A stretch of 60,328 bases of DNA from NCBI GenBank assembly GCA_027622665.1, contig JAQBYT010000022.1, positions 1-60,328 on the forward strand. Reading direction: 5' to 3'. The DNA is from Verrucomicrobiota bacterium. GTDB lineage: Bacteria; Verrucomicrobiota; Verrucomicrobiia; Opitutales; Seribacteraceae. Positions 1 to 8,523 of the stretch are shown one piece after another; within the stretch, counting starts at the first letter, position 1; every line of letters begins with the position of its first letter. Under the pieces are notes generated by a model. That model did no database searches. It saw nothing but the letters and a program-made list of their open reading frames with translations, and was not told where the DNA came from. The position numbers were made by a program, and so were the translations under genes.

Positions 1-114
1 TTCGTTAGCTCCGATTACCTTGCCCGAAGACTTGGTTCCGCTAATGGTGAAGGCCCCGAACGCCGTCGAGGCGAGGGCGGATTGTTTGATGAAGTTTCTA
101 CGGCTTTGGCTCAT
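1..114 (-). CDS. 5' end of a Tat-exported Gfo/Idh/MocA-family oxidoreductase (runs off the window)
   Basis: Manual translation from ATG at 114 gives MSQSRRNFIKQSALASTAFGAFTISGTKSSGKVIGANE. It has a twin-arginine signal plus the 'VIGANE' stretch typical of these oxidoreductases. Confidence 0.65.
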   Translation of the reverse strand, partial: MSQSRRNFIKQSALASTAFGAFTISGTKSSGKVIGANE

Positions 115-154
115 GTCTTTCCTTTGGTTTATGAGGTTTAGTTCCTCTTGGGAT

Positions 155-817
155 TTAAAACTTTTTGATTCTAAGGTTTCTGTAGTGGCACTCGGCGGGT
201 GGACCTCCATGAACTTGGAGTCCGAGCCGCCCTTTAAGAGGAATGTCTTTTTCCTTCTCGGTAAAGTCAACCGTTTGGTAGCCGTTTAGCCAAATTTGAA
301 TGCGAGGGCCTTCCGCCCGAACAACTAGTTTGTTCCACTCGCCTTTGAGCTTGATGTGTTTCTTTAGCTCGTGTTGTGGTGCTTCGGCGAGCATTTTTCG
401 TCGTCGGGACTCGTCGTAGAGAAAACCCCAGATGGCTCCCTTGCTCCAGCCGCCAATGTCGCATTGGTAGCCGATCATCTCATGGGCTTTGGGTATCCGT
501 TGGCTACGGAATTGTACGCCCGCGTTGTTGCCTTGTCCCAATAGCTTGGCTTCGAAGTGCAATTCGAAGTCCCCGTATTCCTTTTCGCTGGCAAGAAACT
601 CGTTGTTGGGAATGCGGGCATTCAGAAAACCCGCCACGATGGCACCGTCCTGTACCCGAAAGAATTTCTTTTTACCTTCCCAACCTTGGAGCGTCTTGCC
701 GTCGAAGAGCGGAGTGAATCCTTTCTCGTCTTTCTTTTCCTGTTTAGCGTGTATTGAAACCGCTAGCAACAGAACGGACGAGAGATTGAGTAAATTGAAA
801 TTAAGCCAAGTTTTCAT
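155..817 (-). CDS. DUF1080 (3-keto-disaccharide hydrolase family) secreted protein
   Basis: Signal peptide; motifs LFDGKTLQGW, NAGVQFRS, GYQCDI, GEWN and G.LGLQVH. Start placed at MKTW (817). Confidence 0.9.
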   Translation of the reverse strand: MKTWLNFNLLNLSSVLLLAVSIHAKQEKKDEKGFTPLFDGKTLQGWEGKKKFFRVQDGAIVAGFLNARIPNNEFLASEKEYGDFELHFEAKLLGQGNNAGVQFRSQRIPKAHEMIGYQCDIGGWSKGAIWGFLYDESRRRKMLAEAPQHELKKHIKLKGEWNKLVVRAEGPRIQIWLNGYQTVDFTEKEKDIPLKGRLGLQVHGGPPAECHYRNLRIKKF

Positions 818-836
818 GGTAATCCGGGAATGTCGT

Positions 837-2642
837 CTAGTGATTGCTGGCTGTGCCTGCTCCACGCGGTATGCGAATATTCTCAACCATTTGCTGAACC
901 TCGTCGGGTGGGGGAGGGGTAAAACGAGAAACCAGCAAGGATACGGCGAAGTTAAGCAACATGCCCAAGCCTCCGATACCTTCCGGCGATATGCCGAACA
1001 GCCAATTCTCCTTGTTGTTGGCCTCGGGATTCGAGAACTTGAAGTAATAAATATAGGAGGCCGTGAAAACGATGCCCACGATCATGCCGGTGACGGCTCC
1101 TTCCCGGTTCATGCGCTTGTAAAAGATTCCTAAAATTATAGCCGGGAAAAAAGATGCCGCCGCCAAGCCGAAGGCGAAGGCGACCACCTGAGCCACGAAT
1201 CCCGGGGGATTGATTCCAAAATAACCGGCTATGCAAACGGCTACGGTGGCCGCGAGGCGAGCATAGAGTAGCTCCTTCTTCTCGCTTATCTCGGGCATTA
1301 GAATCTTCTTGAGCAAATCGTGCGATACGGAAGCGGAGATCACCAACAAAAGTCCCGCAGCAGTGGAGAGGGCGGCGGCCAAGCCACCTGCGGCAACGAG
1401 TGCGATCACCCAGTTCGGCAGATTGGCGATTTCGGGATTTGCCAATACGATGATGTCTCGATCGATGTGCAATTCGTTTGAATTGGCGGAAGCTCCGTTT
1501 TCATAGGTTGCCTCGCCCGATCTTCCCTGTTTCTTGGTCTTTATCAGTTGAAGCTTCTTTTGGTCGGGAAGTTTGTCGAATGCGCTACCCTTGGCATATT
1601 GAATTTTGCCGTCGGCATTTTTGTCCACCCAAGCCAGTAATCCCGTGGTTTCCCAGTTGCGGAACCAATCCGGCATTTTCTTGTAAGGTTGGTGTTGTAC
1701 CGTCTCAATGAGATTGGTGCGGGCGAAGGCTGCGATGGCCGGAGCGGTGGTGTAGAGCAGAGCGATGAAAAACAGGGCATAGCCTGCGGAAATTCGAGCA
1801 TCCCTCACCTTGGGCACGGTGAAGAAACGGATGATGACGTGCGGCAGACCCGCGGTCCCCACCATGAGAGCGACCGTGATGAAAAATACGTCGATTGTGT
1901 CTTTGGTTCCACTCGTGTACTCAGCGAACCCGAGTTCCGTGTTAAGTTTATCTAACTTGTCCAACAAATAGACGCCAGAGTCGACACCCGATGAATCAAG
2001 CACCGTGGACCCGAACCCGATTTGAGGCAATACGTTGCCCGTCATCGATATGGAAATGAATATGGCTGGCACGAGAAAGGCAAAGATGAGCACGCAGTAT
2101 TGGGCTACTTGAGTGTAGGTGACGCCCTTCATGCCTCCTATGACGGCGTAGAAGAAAACGATGGTCATGCCGATCAAGACTCCGACGTTTATGTCCACGT
2201 CCAGAAAGCGGGAAAACACAACGCCCACTCCACGCATTTGACCTGCAACGTAGGTGAAGGAGACGAAAATCGCGCAGATTACGGCCACCAACCTCGCCTG
2301 CTTTGAATAGTAGCGCTCGCCAACGAAGTCGGGAACCGTGAATTGGCCGAATTTTCGCAGGTACGGAGCTAGTAGCAATGCCAGCAGCACGTATCCTCCC
2401 GTCCAACCCATCAAGTAATAGGCGCCGTCTCTCCCCATGAAGGAAATGAGCCCGGCCATCGAGATGAAGGAAGCCGCCGACATCCAATCCGCCGCCGTGG
2501 CCATGCCGTTGGCAAGAGGAGAAACGCCCCCGCCCGCAATGTAGAAACCCTTTGTGGTCTTTACCCGAGACCAGATGGCGATACCGATGTAGAGGGCGAA
2601 GGTAACCCCCACGATTAGATAGGTCCAAGTTTTTAGATCCAT
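837..2642 (-). CDS. Sodium:solute symporter, ActP (cation/acetate)-like
   Basis: Motifs NGMATAADWMSAASF, GGMKGVTYTQVAQY and GTAGLPHVIIRFFTVP; many TM segments; paired with DUF4212. Confidence 0.9.
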   Translation of the reverse strand: MDLKTWTYLIVGVTFALYIGIAIWSRVKTTKGFYIAGGGVSPLANGMATAADWMSAASFISMAGLISFMGRDGAYYLMGWTGGYVLLALLLAPYLRKFGQFTVPDFVGERYYSKQARLVAVICAIFVSFTYVAGQMRGVGVVFSRFLDVDINVGVLIGMTIVFFYAVIGGMKGVTYTQVAQYCVLIFAFLVPAIFISISMTGNVLPQIGFGSTVLDSSGVDSGVYLLDKLDKLNTELGFAEYTSGTKDTIDVFFITVALMVGTAGLPHVIIRFFTVPKVRDARISAGYALFFIALLYTTAPAIAAFARTNLIETVQHQPYKKMPDWFRNWETTGLLAWVDKNADGKIQYAKGSAFDKLPDQKKLQLIKTKKQGRSGEATYENGASANSNELHIDRDIIVLANPEIANLPNWVIALVAAGGLAAALSTAAGLLLVISASVSHDLLKKILMPEISEKKELLYARLAATVAVCIAGYFGINPPGFVAQVVAFAFGLAAASFFPAIILGIFYKRMNREGAVTGMIVGIVFTASYIYYFKFSNPEANNKENWLFGISPEGIGGLGMLLNFAVSLLVSRFTPPPPDEVQQMVENIRIPRGAGTASNH

Positions 2643-2675
2643 GTCAAAAAAAAAAGAATTAAGCGAGAACTACGA

Positions 2676-2972
2676 TTATTCGTCCAAATCGAACTCGCGA
2701 TCGATTTTGTTCATCTTCCACACGTAAAAGAAGATAAGGGCTACGAAGACGTATATGGATCCCTGCTGGGCGAACCAGAAACCGAGCTTGAATCCGCCGA
2801 TTCTTATCTCGTCCAATTGATCTACGAAAAGAATCCCGCAACCGTAGGAGACCGCGAACCAAATAACGAGCAACCATCCCATGAGTCGAAGGTTGGCTCG
2901 CCAATAGTTGTCTGCAATCTTTTGTTTCTCTTCGGAACTTGAATTTTCTTCACTCATAGCTTGTTCAGTCAT
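2676..2972 (-). CDS. DUF4212 small membrane subunit of the solute symporter
   Basis: YWRANLRL...GFKLGFWFAQQGSIYVF motif; lies directly upstream of the symporter. Confidence 0.9.
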   Translation of the reverse strand: MTEQAMSEENSSSEEKQKIADNYWRANLRLMGWLLVIWFAVSYGCGILFVDQLDEIRIGGFKLGFWFAQQGSIYVFVALIFFYVWKMNKIDREFDLDE

Positions 2973-3297
2973 ACTGCTATTCTAAATAGGGAATTTTCCT
3001 CAAACGATCTACGATTCGGCAAAATGCTCGTTGCCTCAAGCCTAATTATCCTTCCGGTCACTTGTTTGCCATGGCCATTATTCAAGCCCAATCAATTGAG
3101 AGTTCCAATGGGTCTTCAGTTCGATCATGCTTGCACCGTTAGGAGAGTCCGTTTCTTGCTGAAATGTAATTTGACGTTATCTCTTTGGTTTTGATTCAGA
3201 AATGGCCTGTGGAAATGCCTTGCTTCAATTGTTATTCAAAGGCTATGAAAGGATTCTTTCTTCGTATCTTTTCAGTTTGTTGATCGCCCGAAGTTTC

Positions 3298-6200
3298 GTG
3301 AATTCATCATTCAAAAGTCTTTCGCTTTTGGGGTTCCTTGTTTTCTGCTCGGTCGTCGATGCGGTAGACATCCCCGAGGATCATCCCGGATTTCGCATCC
3401 CCTTAGTCCCTGACTTCCTTAAGTTCGAGAGCATGACTAGTCACGGGAACATCGAGATAACCGATCCCGTTGCTGGGGTCTCGACCTATATTCCCGATGG
3501 GAATTACTCCGGTTCCGATTCCTTTGTTTGGATAAGCAGGCAACCGGGTGGTCCTGAGGTTCCCCATCCCGAGCAAATAGTTTTAATTCCCGAGAACGAT
3601 CCCCCAGCCATCATTTCCTATGCCGGTCAATCGCCCTACGGCCTTGATGTGAAGGAGAACAGCACCTTTGTCACCGACGTGAATGGTACCGATGCCGAGC
3701 AAGGCGATCTCGAATACTCAATTGATTCTCCAGCTACCTTTGATTCCGTGTTCTTCGATATAAATAAAACTTCGGGAGCTCTCTTTTTCAAGTACCCCGC
3801 GAATTTTGAAAACCCCGAGGATGAGGATAACAACAATACCTACGAGGTCGTCGTCGTCGTTTCCGAGGTGGGGAATCTCGACAACAATGATACGCAGATG
3901 ATCATTGTGACTGTCACCGACGAAAATGATCCTCCCGAGATATCGGGAAGATTGACAGTTACGGTTTTCATGGACGAGGATAATGCCACCCTCGGTTGGC
4001 GAGATCCCGAATTGGAAGCCGTTGATCCGGACTTGAACCAAACAGCTACTCTCTCGTGGGAAATTTGGGATGCCACGAATGGAGTTTGGAATGTTTCGGC
4101 CGTGACCACGAATGGAGATGCGTCAGTTTCAGGTGCCGGGGGCACCCCCGATCTAATCTATGTGCCGACACCGAACTTCAATGGAACCGACTCGTTCAAG
4201 GTGCGAGTTTCGGATGCCAAGGGCTTAACGGATGAAATCCCGGTGAACGTAGAGGTAGCCAACGTGAACGACTTGCCTGTCTTTAACTTTTCCGCACTTC
4301 TGCAACCAATCGAGGTGAAAGAGAACCAAATGGCGGTGGTGGACGTAAACGTTACTGATGCCGATGTCGGAGATATCCACACCTTCAGCCTGTCTAAAAG
4401 CGAATTTGATGGTGCTTTCTTTGATATAAACGCCACCACCGGAGTCCTTGCATTTATCACTCCTCCGAATTTCGAGTCTAACTCTTCCGTCAATGGCAAT
4501 AACCTTTTCACTGTAAAGATCCTCGTGACCGACAATACCGTCGAGGCGATTCCTGTTGAAGAATTAATTCAAGTCACAGTCCGTGATGCGAATGACGCGC
4601 CCATTTTCTCAAGCCATAATGGCAACTCCTCCGTCTTTTCGGTGGTTCCTGAAAACCAACTCTTTGCTGCTGACCTAAACGCAACCGACGAGGATGGAAA
4701 TGTTCTTACTTATTCCCTTGGAGGGTCGGATAAGGATTTCTTCGAGATTAACGCAACAGGTTCCCTGTCCTTCATTGATTCTCCTGATTATGAGTCGAAT
4801 GCTTCAATCGTGCGTAATCATCTCTTTAATCTCGAGATCAATGCCACTGATGGCACGGCGGTCGTGTCTCAAATGTTTACTATTCAAATAACCAATCTGA
4901 ACGACACTTCTCCTCTTTATCCATCTAGAGATACCAATGGTAGCCTGTTTGTTCAGGTTGCTGAGAACGGAGTTTTCGTCGTTGAACTTAATGCAAGTGA
5001 TCTTGATGGGGATTCGCTCAGTTATAAAGTTTCAGGTGGAGTCGACCAGTCTCGTTTCGAAGTCAATGGAACCGGTGCATTATCGTTCAAGGTTGCACCT
5101 AACTTTGAAATTCCCGCATCTCTGTCTGGCGGCAATGACTACTTCTTGGAGGTTAACGCCACGGATGGTCTCCACACCGTAATCGAATCGGTTGTCGTTC
5201 AGGTTGTGGATGTCGACGAAGTGCCCCCGGTTTTCCCTCCATCATGGGGTCACGTTCATTACATTTCTGTTCCGGAAGGCAACTCGACACATGTTCTCGA
5301 TCTCAACGCATCGGACAATAATGCCAGCGTCATTTTTTATTCCATGTCTGCGGGTAATCCTGACCACGCCTATTTTATCATCGACCAAAATGTCACACCA
5401 CCTCGAATCGAGTTTGAAAATTTACCAGATTTCGAGAGTAACCGAAGCCATGTTTACGCCTTAGAAATTAATGCCAGTGATGGGTTGAACTCCTCCTCAC
5501 ATTTTTTGGAAATCGCAGTTTCTGACGTTAACGAACCTCCCTATTTCATTGATAGCAATTTTACTGTCAATGAAGACAGCGAGGTGCAGGTGCCAAATGC
5601 AGTTGATCCGGAGGATCAAACGGTCTCTTTCTCAATCCTGACTTCTCCAACTTCCGGCACGCTAGTCTCCGGGGTTGATTCCCTTCTTTATCGACCGAAT
5701 GCTAACTTCTATGGTCAAGATTCATTTACCCTCAGGATTTCCGATGGATTGTTGGAGAGCACTCGCTCTATCGATTTATCCGTGCTTTCCGTGAACGATC
5801 AGCCCATCGCGGTAGATGACAGTATTGTGTTTTCCGGTAGTCAAGCTTCCTACTCCCTCGATGTTACGGCAAATGACGTTTCCTATCCAGACCCTGATGA
5901 AAACTTCATCTTATCCATTTCATCTAATCCCAAATTTGGACATGTAAGCATTCAGGACGACAAAGTTGTTTATGCACCTTATGACAACGAATTTTTTGGA
6001 GAGGATTCCTTTGTCTACAAGATTCTGGATCGATCGATCTCCGATCCACAAGGACTGAGCGACTCGGCCACGGTGTCCTTGGTGATTATTCCCCTTGGTT
6101 GGAACCACTCAAATGGATTCGGTTATTTCTACCAAGTTGGGCAATCTTGGGTCTACCATGAGAAGTTGGGTTGGACTTATGTATCTTCTTCGATACTTGA

Positions 6201-6558
6201 AAACGAAAATATCTGGATGTGGAATGAACACCTTGGCTGGTTTTGGTCCGGCAATGCGTTTCCCTACGGATACCTCAACGACCTTAAATCCTGGTGCTAC
6301 CTATTATTGTCCCAACCTTCCGTTCCATGGTATTACTCTTATGCCTCTGGGAAATGGTTGGATGTGAATAGCTCAATTAACGAAAGGCTTTCCACTTTGC
6401 TTCACGGTTCCACTTCTGTGGCCGAAGCTTTGTCTCTTCTACAGGGGGTTGATGGCGTGTCCGAGACTCAACTCAGTCTCATCACGACCGAACTCTCTCT
6501 CTTTGGCGAATCCAACGAACTTAATAAGCTTGGTATAAACGTTAAGTTCACTCGCTAG
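3298..6558 (+). CDS. Large secreted cadherin/Big_9 (tandem-95) repeat protein with a Trp-rich C-terminal domain
   Basis: Repeated PNFE..D.NN.YEV.V, VTDEND.P and YxPxxNFxGxDSF motifs. The likely start is GTG at 3298 (gives a signal peptide); the ORF is open from 3202. Confidence 0.85.
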   Translation: MNSSFKSLSLLGFLVFCSVVDAVDIPEDHPGFRIPLVPDFLKFESMTSHGNIEITDPVAGVSTYIPDGNYSGSDSFVWISRQPGGPEVPHPEQIVLIPENDPPAIISYAGQSPYGLDVKENSTFVTDVNGTDAEQGDLEYSIDSPATFDSVFFDINKTSGALFFKYPANFENPEDEDNNNTYEVVVVVSEVGNLDNNDTQMIIVTVTDENDPPEISGRLTVTVFMDEDNATLGWRDPELEAVDPDLNQTATLSWEIWDATNGVWNVSAVTTNGDASVSGAGGTPDLIYVPTPNFNGTDSFKVRVSDAKGLTDEIPVNVEVANVNDLPVFNFSALLQPIEVKENQMAVVDVNVTDADVGDIHTFSLSKSEFDGAFFDINATTGVLAFITPPNFESNSSVNGNNLFTVKILVTDNTVEAIPVEELIQVTVRDANDAPIFSSHNGNSSVFSVVPENQLFAADLNATDEDGNVLTYSLGGSDKDFFEINATGSLSFIDSPDYESNASIVRNHLFNLEINATDGTAVVSQMFTIQITNLNDTSPLYPSRDTNGSLFVQVAENGVFVVELNASDLDGDSLSYKVSGGVDQSRFEVNGTGALSFKVAPNFEIPASLSGGNDYFLEVNATDGLHTVIESVVVQVVDVDEVPPVFPPSWGHVHYISVPEGNSTHVLDLNASDNNASVIFYSMSAGNPDHAYFIIDQNVTPPRIEFENLPDFESNRSHVYALEINASDGLNSSSHFLEIAVSDVNEPPYFIDSNFTVNEDSEVQVPNAVDPEDQTVSFSILTSPTSGTLVSGVDSLLYRPNANFYGQDSFTLRISDGLLESTRSIDLSVLSVNDQPIAVDDSIVFSGSQASYSLDVTANDVSYPDPDENFILSISSNPKFGHVSIQDDKVVYAPYDNEFFGEDSFVYKILDRSISDPQGLSDSATVSLVIIPLGWNHSNGFGYFYQVGQSWVYHEKLGWTYVSSSILENENIWMWNEHLGWFWSGNAFPYGYLNDLKSWCYLLLSQPSVPWYYSYASGKWLDVNSSINERLSTLLHGSTSVAEALSLLQGVDGVSETQLSLITTELSLFGESNELNKLGINVKFTR

Positions 6559-6575
6559 AGTTTCCCCAATTAGTG

Positions 6576-7442
6576 ATGCGAAATTTGATCCTGCCATTCT
6601 CCCTCATTCTCTTTGCCTTGGCTATACATAATGGGAGGAATGGTAATTTGATTGCCCAAGCAGTGGGGACGCCGTCCAGTTATGGGAATGAATCAATCGA
6701 AAGTCTCGAATCAAGATTATCTCGGCTTGGAGCGCGTGCTCGAGCACTTGGGGTATCTTCTCAGGCAGGCTTGGCGGTTCCTGCTCCTGAGCCTCTGGCT
6801 GAAACACCTTCTATTCTGTCGCCTACGAGAGATAGTTCAGGCTCTTTCCGAGTTGTGGCGACCGAACCAAAGGGGAAGGCTCTTGGCGATTATTACGTTT
6901 TACCCTTTTTCGGCCTTTCTTTGCCGTCATCGGTTGGATATGAGGATCTTGCTGGCGGGCATTCGAAGTTTGGTACTGAAACTGGTTACCTTTTCGGTCT
7001 CATGGGAGGCAGAAACTTTGGGCACTGGTTTGGCGAGGTCCACTTCGAGTATGGGCAAAGCGAGTTCGGTTCCATTGAGGGTTTGTCATCCTCTCTGCCC
7101 TCCGTCTCCTCCGTTTCCGGTGATTCTGAGTTGATTAATTTGGGAGTTAGAGCCGGATTCCTCCATCACTTGTCAGCAAACTCTTGGTTTCAATTTGGTC
7201 TTGGAGTTGGTTTTGCCAACAGAGAGGATTCTCTGGTTGCCATCTTGTCAACTGGACCTCAACCCCTTCCTTCGGACTCTGCTTTGACCTATACTTATGA
7301 TGCGCTTGTCGCCCTAGGTTTCTCTTTTTCCGAATCTTTGCATGCTCGTTTTGGCTATCGTTTCCTTGGAGCCGGGGAAAATGGACAGTTCGGCCCCTTG
7401 CGTCATCATTTGATCGAACTCGGCCTCGGCGCTGACTTTTAG
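6576..7442 (+). CDS. Outer-membrane beta-barrel protein (Opa/OmpA-like small barrel)
   Basis: Signal peptide, alternating beta strands, GYRFL strand and a terminal Phe (LGLGADF). Confidence 0.7.
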   Translation: MRNLILPFSLILFALAIHNGRNGNLIAQAVGTPSSYGNESIESLESRLSRLGARARALGVSSQAGLAVPAPEPLAETPSILSPTRDSSGSFRVVATEPKGKALGDYYVLPFFGLSLPSSVGYEDLAGGHSKFGTETGYLFGLMGGRNFGHWFGEVHFEYGQSEFGSIEGLSSSLPSVSSVSGDSELINLGVRAGFLHHLSANSWFQFGLGVGFANREDSLVAILSTGPQPLPSDSALTYTYDALVALGFSFSESLHARFGYRFLGAGENGQFGPLRHHLIELGLGADF

Positions 7443-7531
7443 CCTAGATCCGTTTCCTTTTCCTTGTCGGTTGACTAGAACCGAAAAAAAACACCACCAC
7501 ACTTGTTTCTCTCAAATCGTGTCCCTTGCCC

Positions 7532-8230
7532 ATGAAATTAGCTACTCATCGCTATCATAATAGTATTGTTTCCGTTGCATTTCTTTTACTGTTCGTCGGC
7601 TGTTCTTCTATATCGGATGATTTTGTTCGAGGAACATCCGGATGGAGGGAGCGTTCGACGGGTGCCCCGAAATTGCTGTCTCCAGTTTCCAAGACTACTG
7701 AGGAGGCTTTAGGCCGAAAGACGACCGTGTGGAGGGAGCGTTCCATTGAAACTCCCAAGTTGGTTATCCCCAGAACCGCTCAACCAGAGAGCATTGCACC
7801 CGTTGAGGTTGTTGAGGACAAACGGAAATCGGAAGGTTCGTTGACCGGATCGTCGAGTTCGCCCGTGAGGCTGACTGACTCGGAGACAATGTCCGAACTT
7901 CAATCGGCTTGGTCGAAACTTTCCCCGGAAGAACTTGTCGAACAACTCGAGAAGGGCTTGTACAAGGAAGAGGTGCAAGCTATTCTGCATTCCGCTTCGG
8001 TGGTTGAGGTCGTGACTCCTTGGGGCAATGTGTGGGTTATGGGGATCGACACGCCGCCAGTTTTTTTCGATGTTCGAGGACGCCTTATCGATTGGGGGTG
8101 GTTCGAGTACCACAATCTAGTTGCTGACCTCGACCCTGCCGGCGATTCGCTTGCCTTGCCCATCAGAATCGTTAAGCAACCGAGTTTCAATGACATCATG
8201 CCTTTACCCAAAAGCAATACCGCTTTTTGA
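7532..8230 (+). CDS. Hypothetical lipoprotein
   Basis: Lipobox-like LLFVG-C; short internal repeat WRERS..xPKL. Confidence 0.55.
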   Translation: MKLATHRYHNSIVSVAFLLLFVGCSSISDDFVRGTSGWRERSTGAPKLLSPVSKTTEEALGRKTTVWRERSIETPKLVIPRTAQPESIAPVEVVEDKRKSEGSLTGSSSSPVRLTDSETMSELQSAWSKLSPEELVEQLEKGLYKEEVQAILHSASVVEVVTPWGNVWVMGIDTPPVFFDVRGRLIDWGWFEYHNLVADLDPAGDSLALPIRIVKQPSFNDIMPLPKSNTAF

Positions 8231-8523
8231 AGGCCTCCTGATTTCCCTTGCCCACTGAATCGATGCCGCATCCGTAAACTTGAGCTTTTTTTCGAGGATG
8301 GGAGTGGCTTGGCAGTCGGTTGCTTTTTGCCGAAGCGTATTGATCGAAATTCTTGTCGTCATGTTGCTCGTGCCATTCGAAAAGGAGGACAACGAGCACT
8401 TAACTTACATGCCGGAAGCATTTAACGCGAGTTGGGACTAATAGGGATTTTTCCAGCCCTACCGATACACCTTTTTCGTTGCCTTGCTCGCTCTTGACTG
8501 GGAGACCATTTCGATTGGTAACG

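Noticed and set aside
2646..2655. A10 tract just upstream of the symporter start as a phase-variation switch
   Set aside because: It is intergenic, and nothing here shows length variation.
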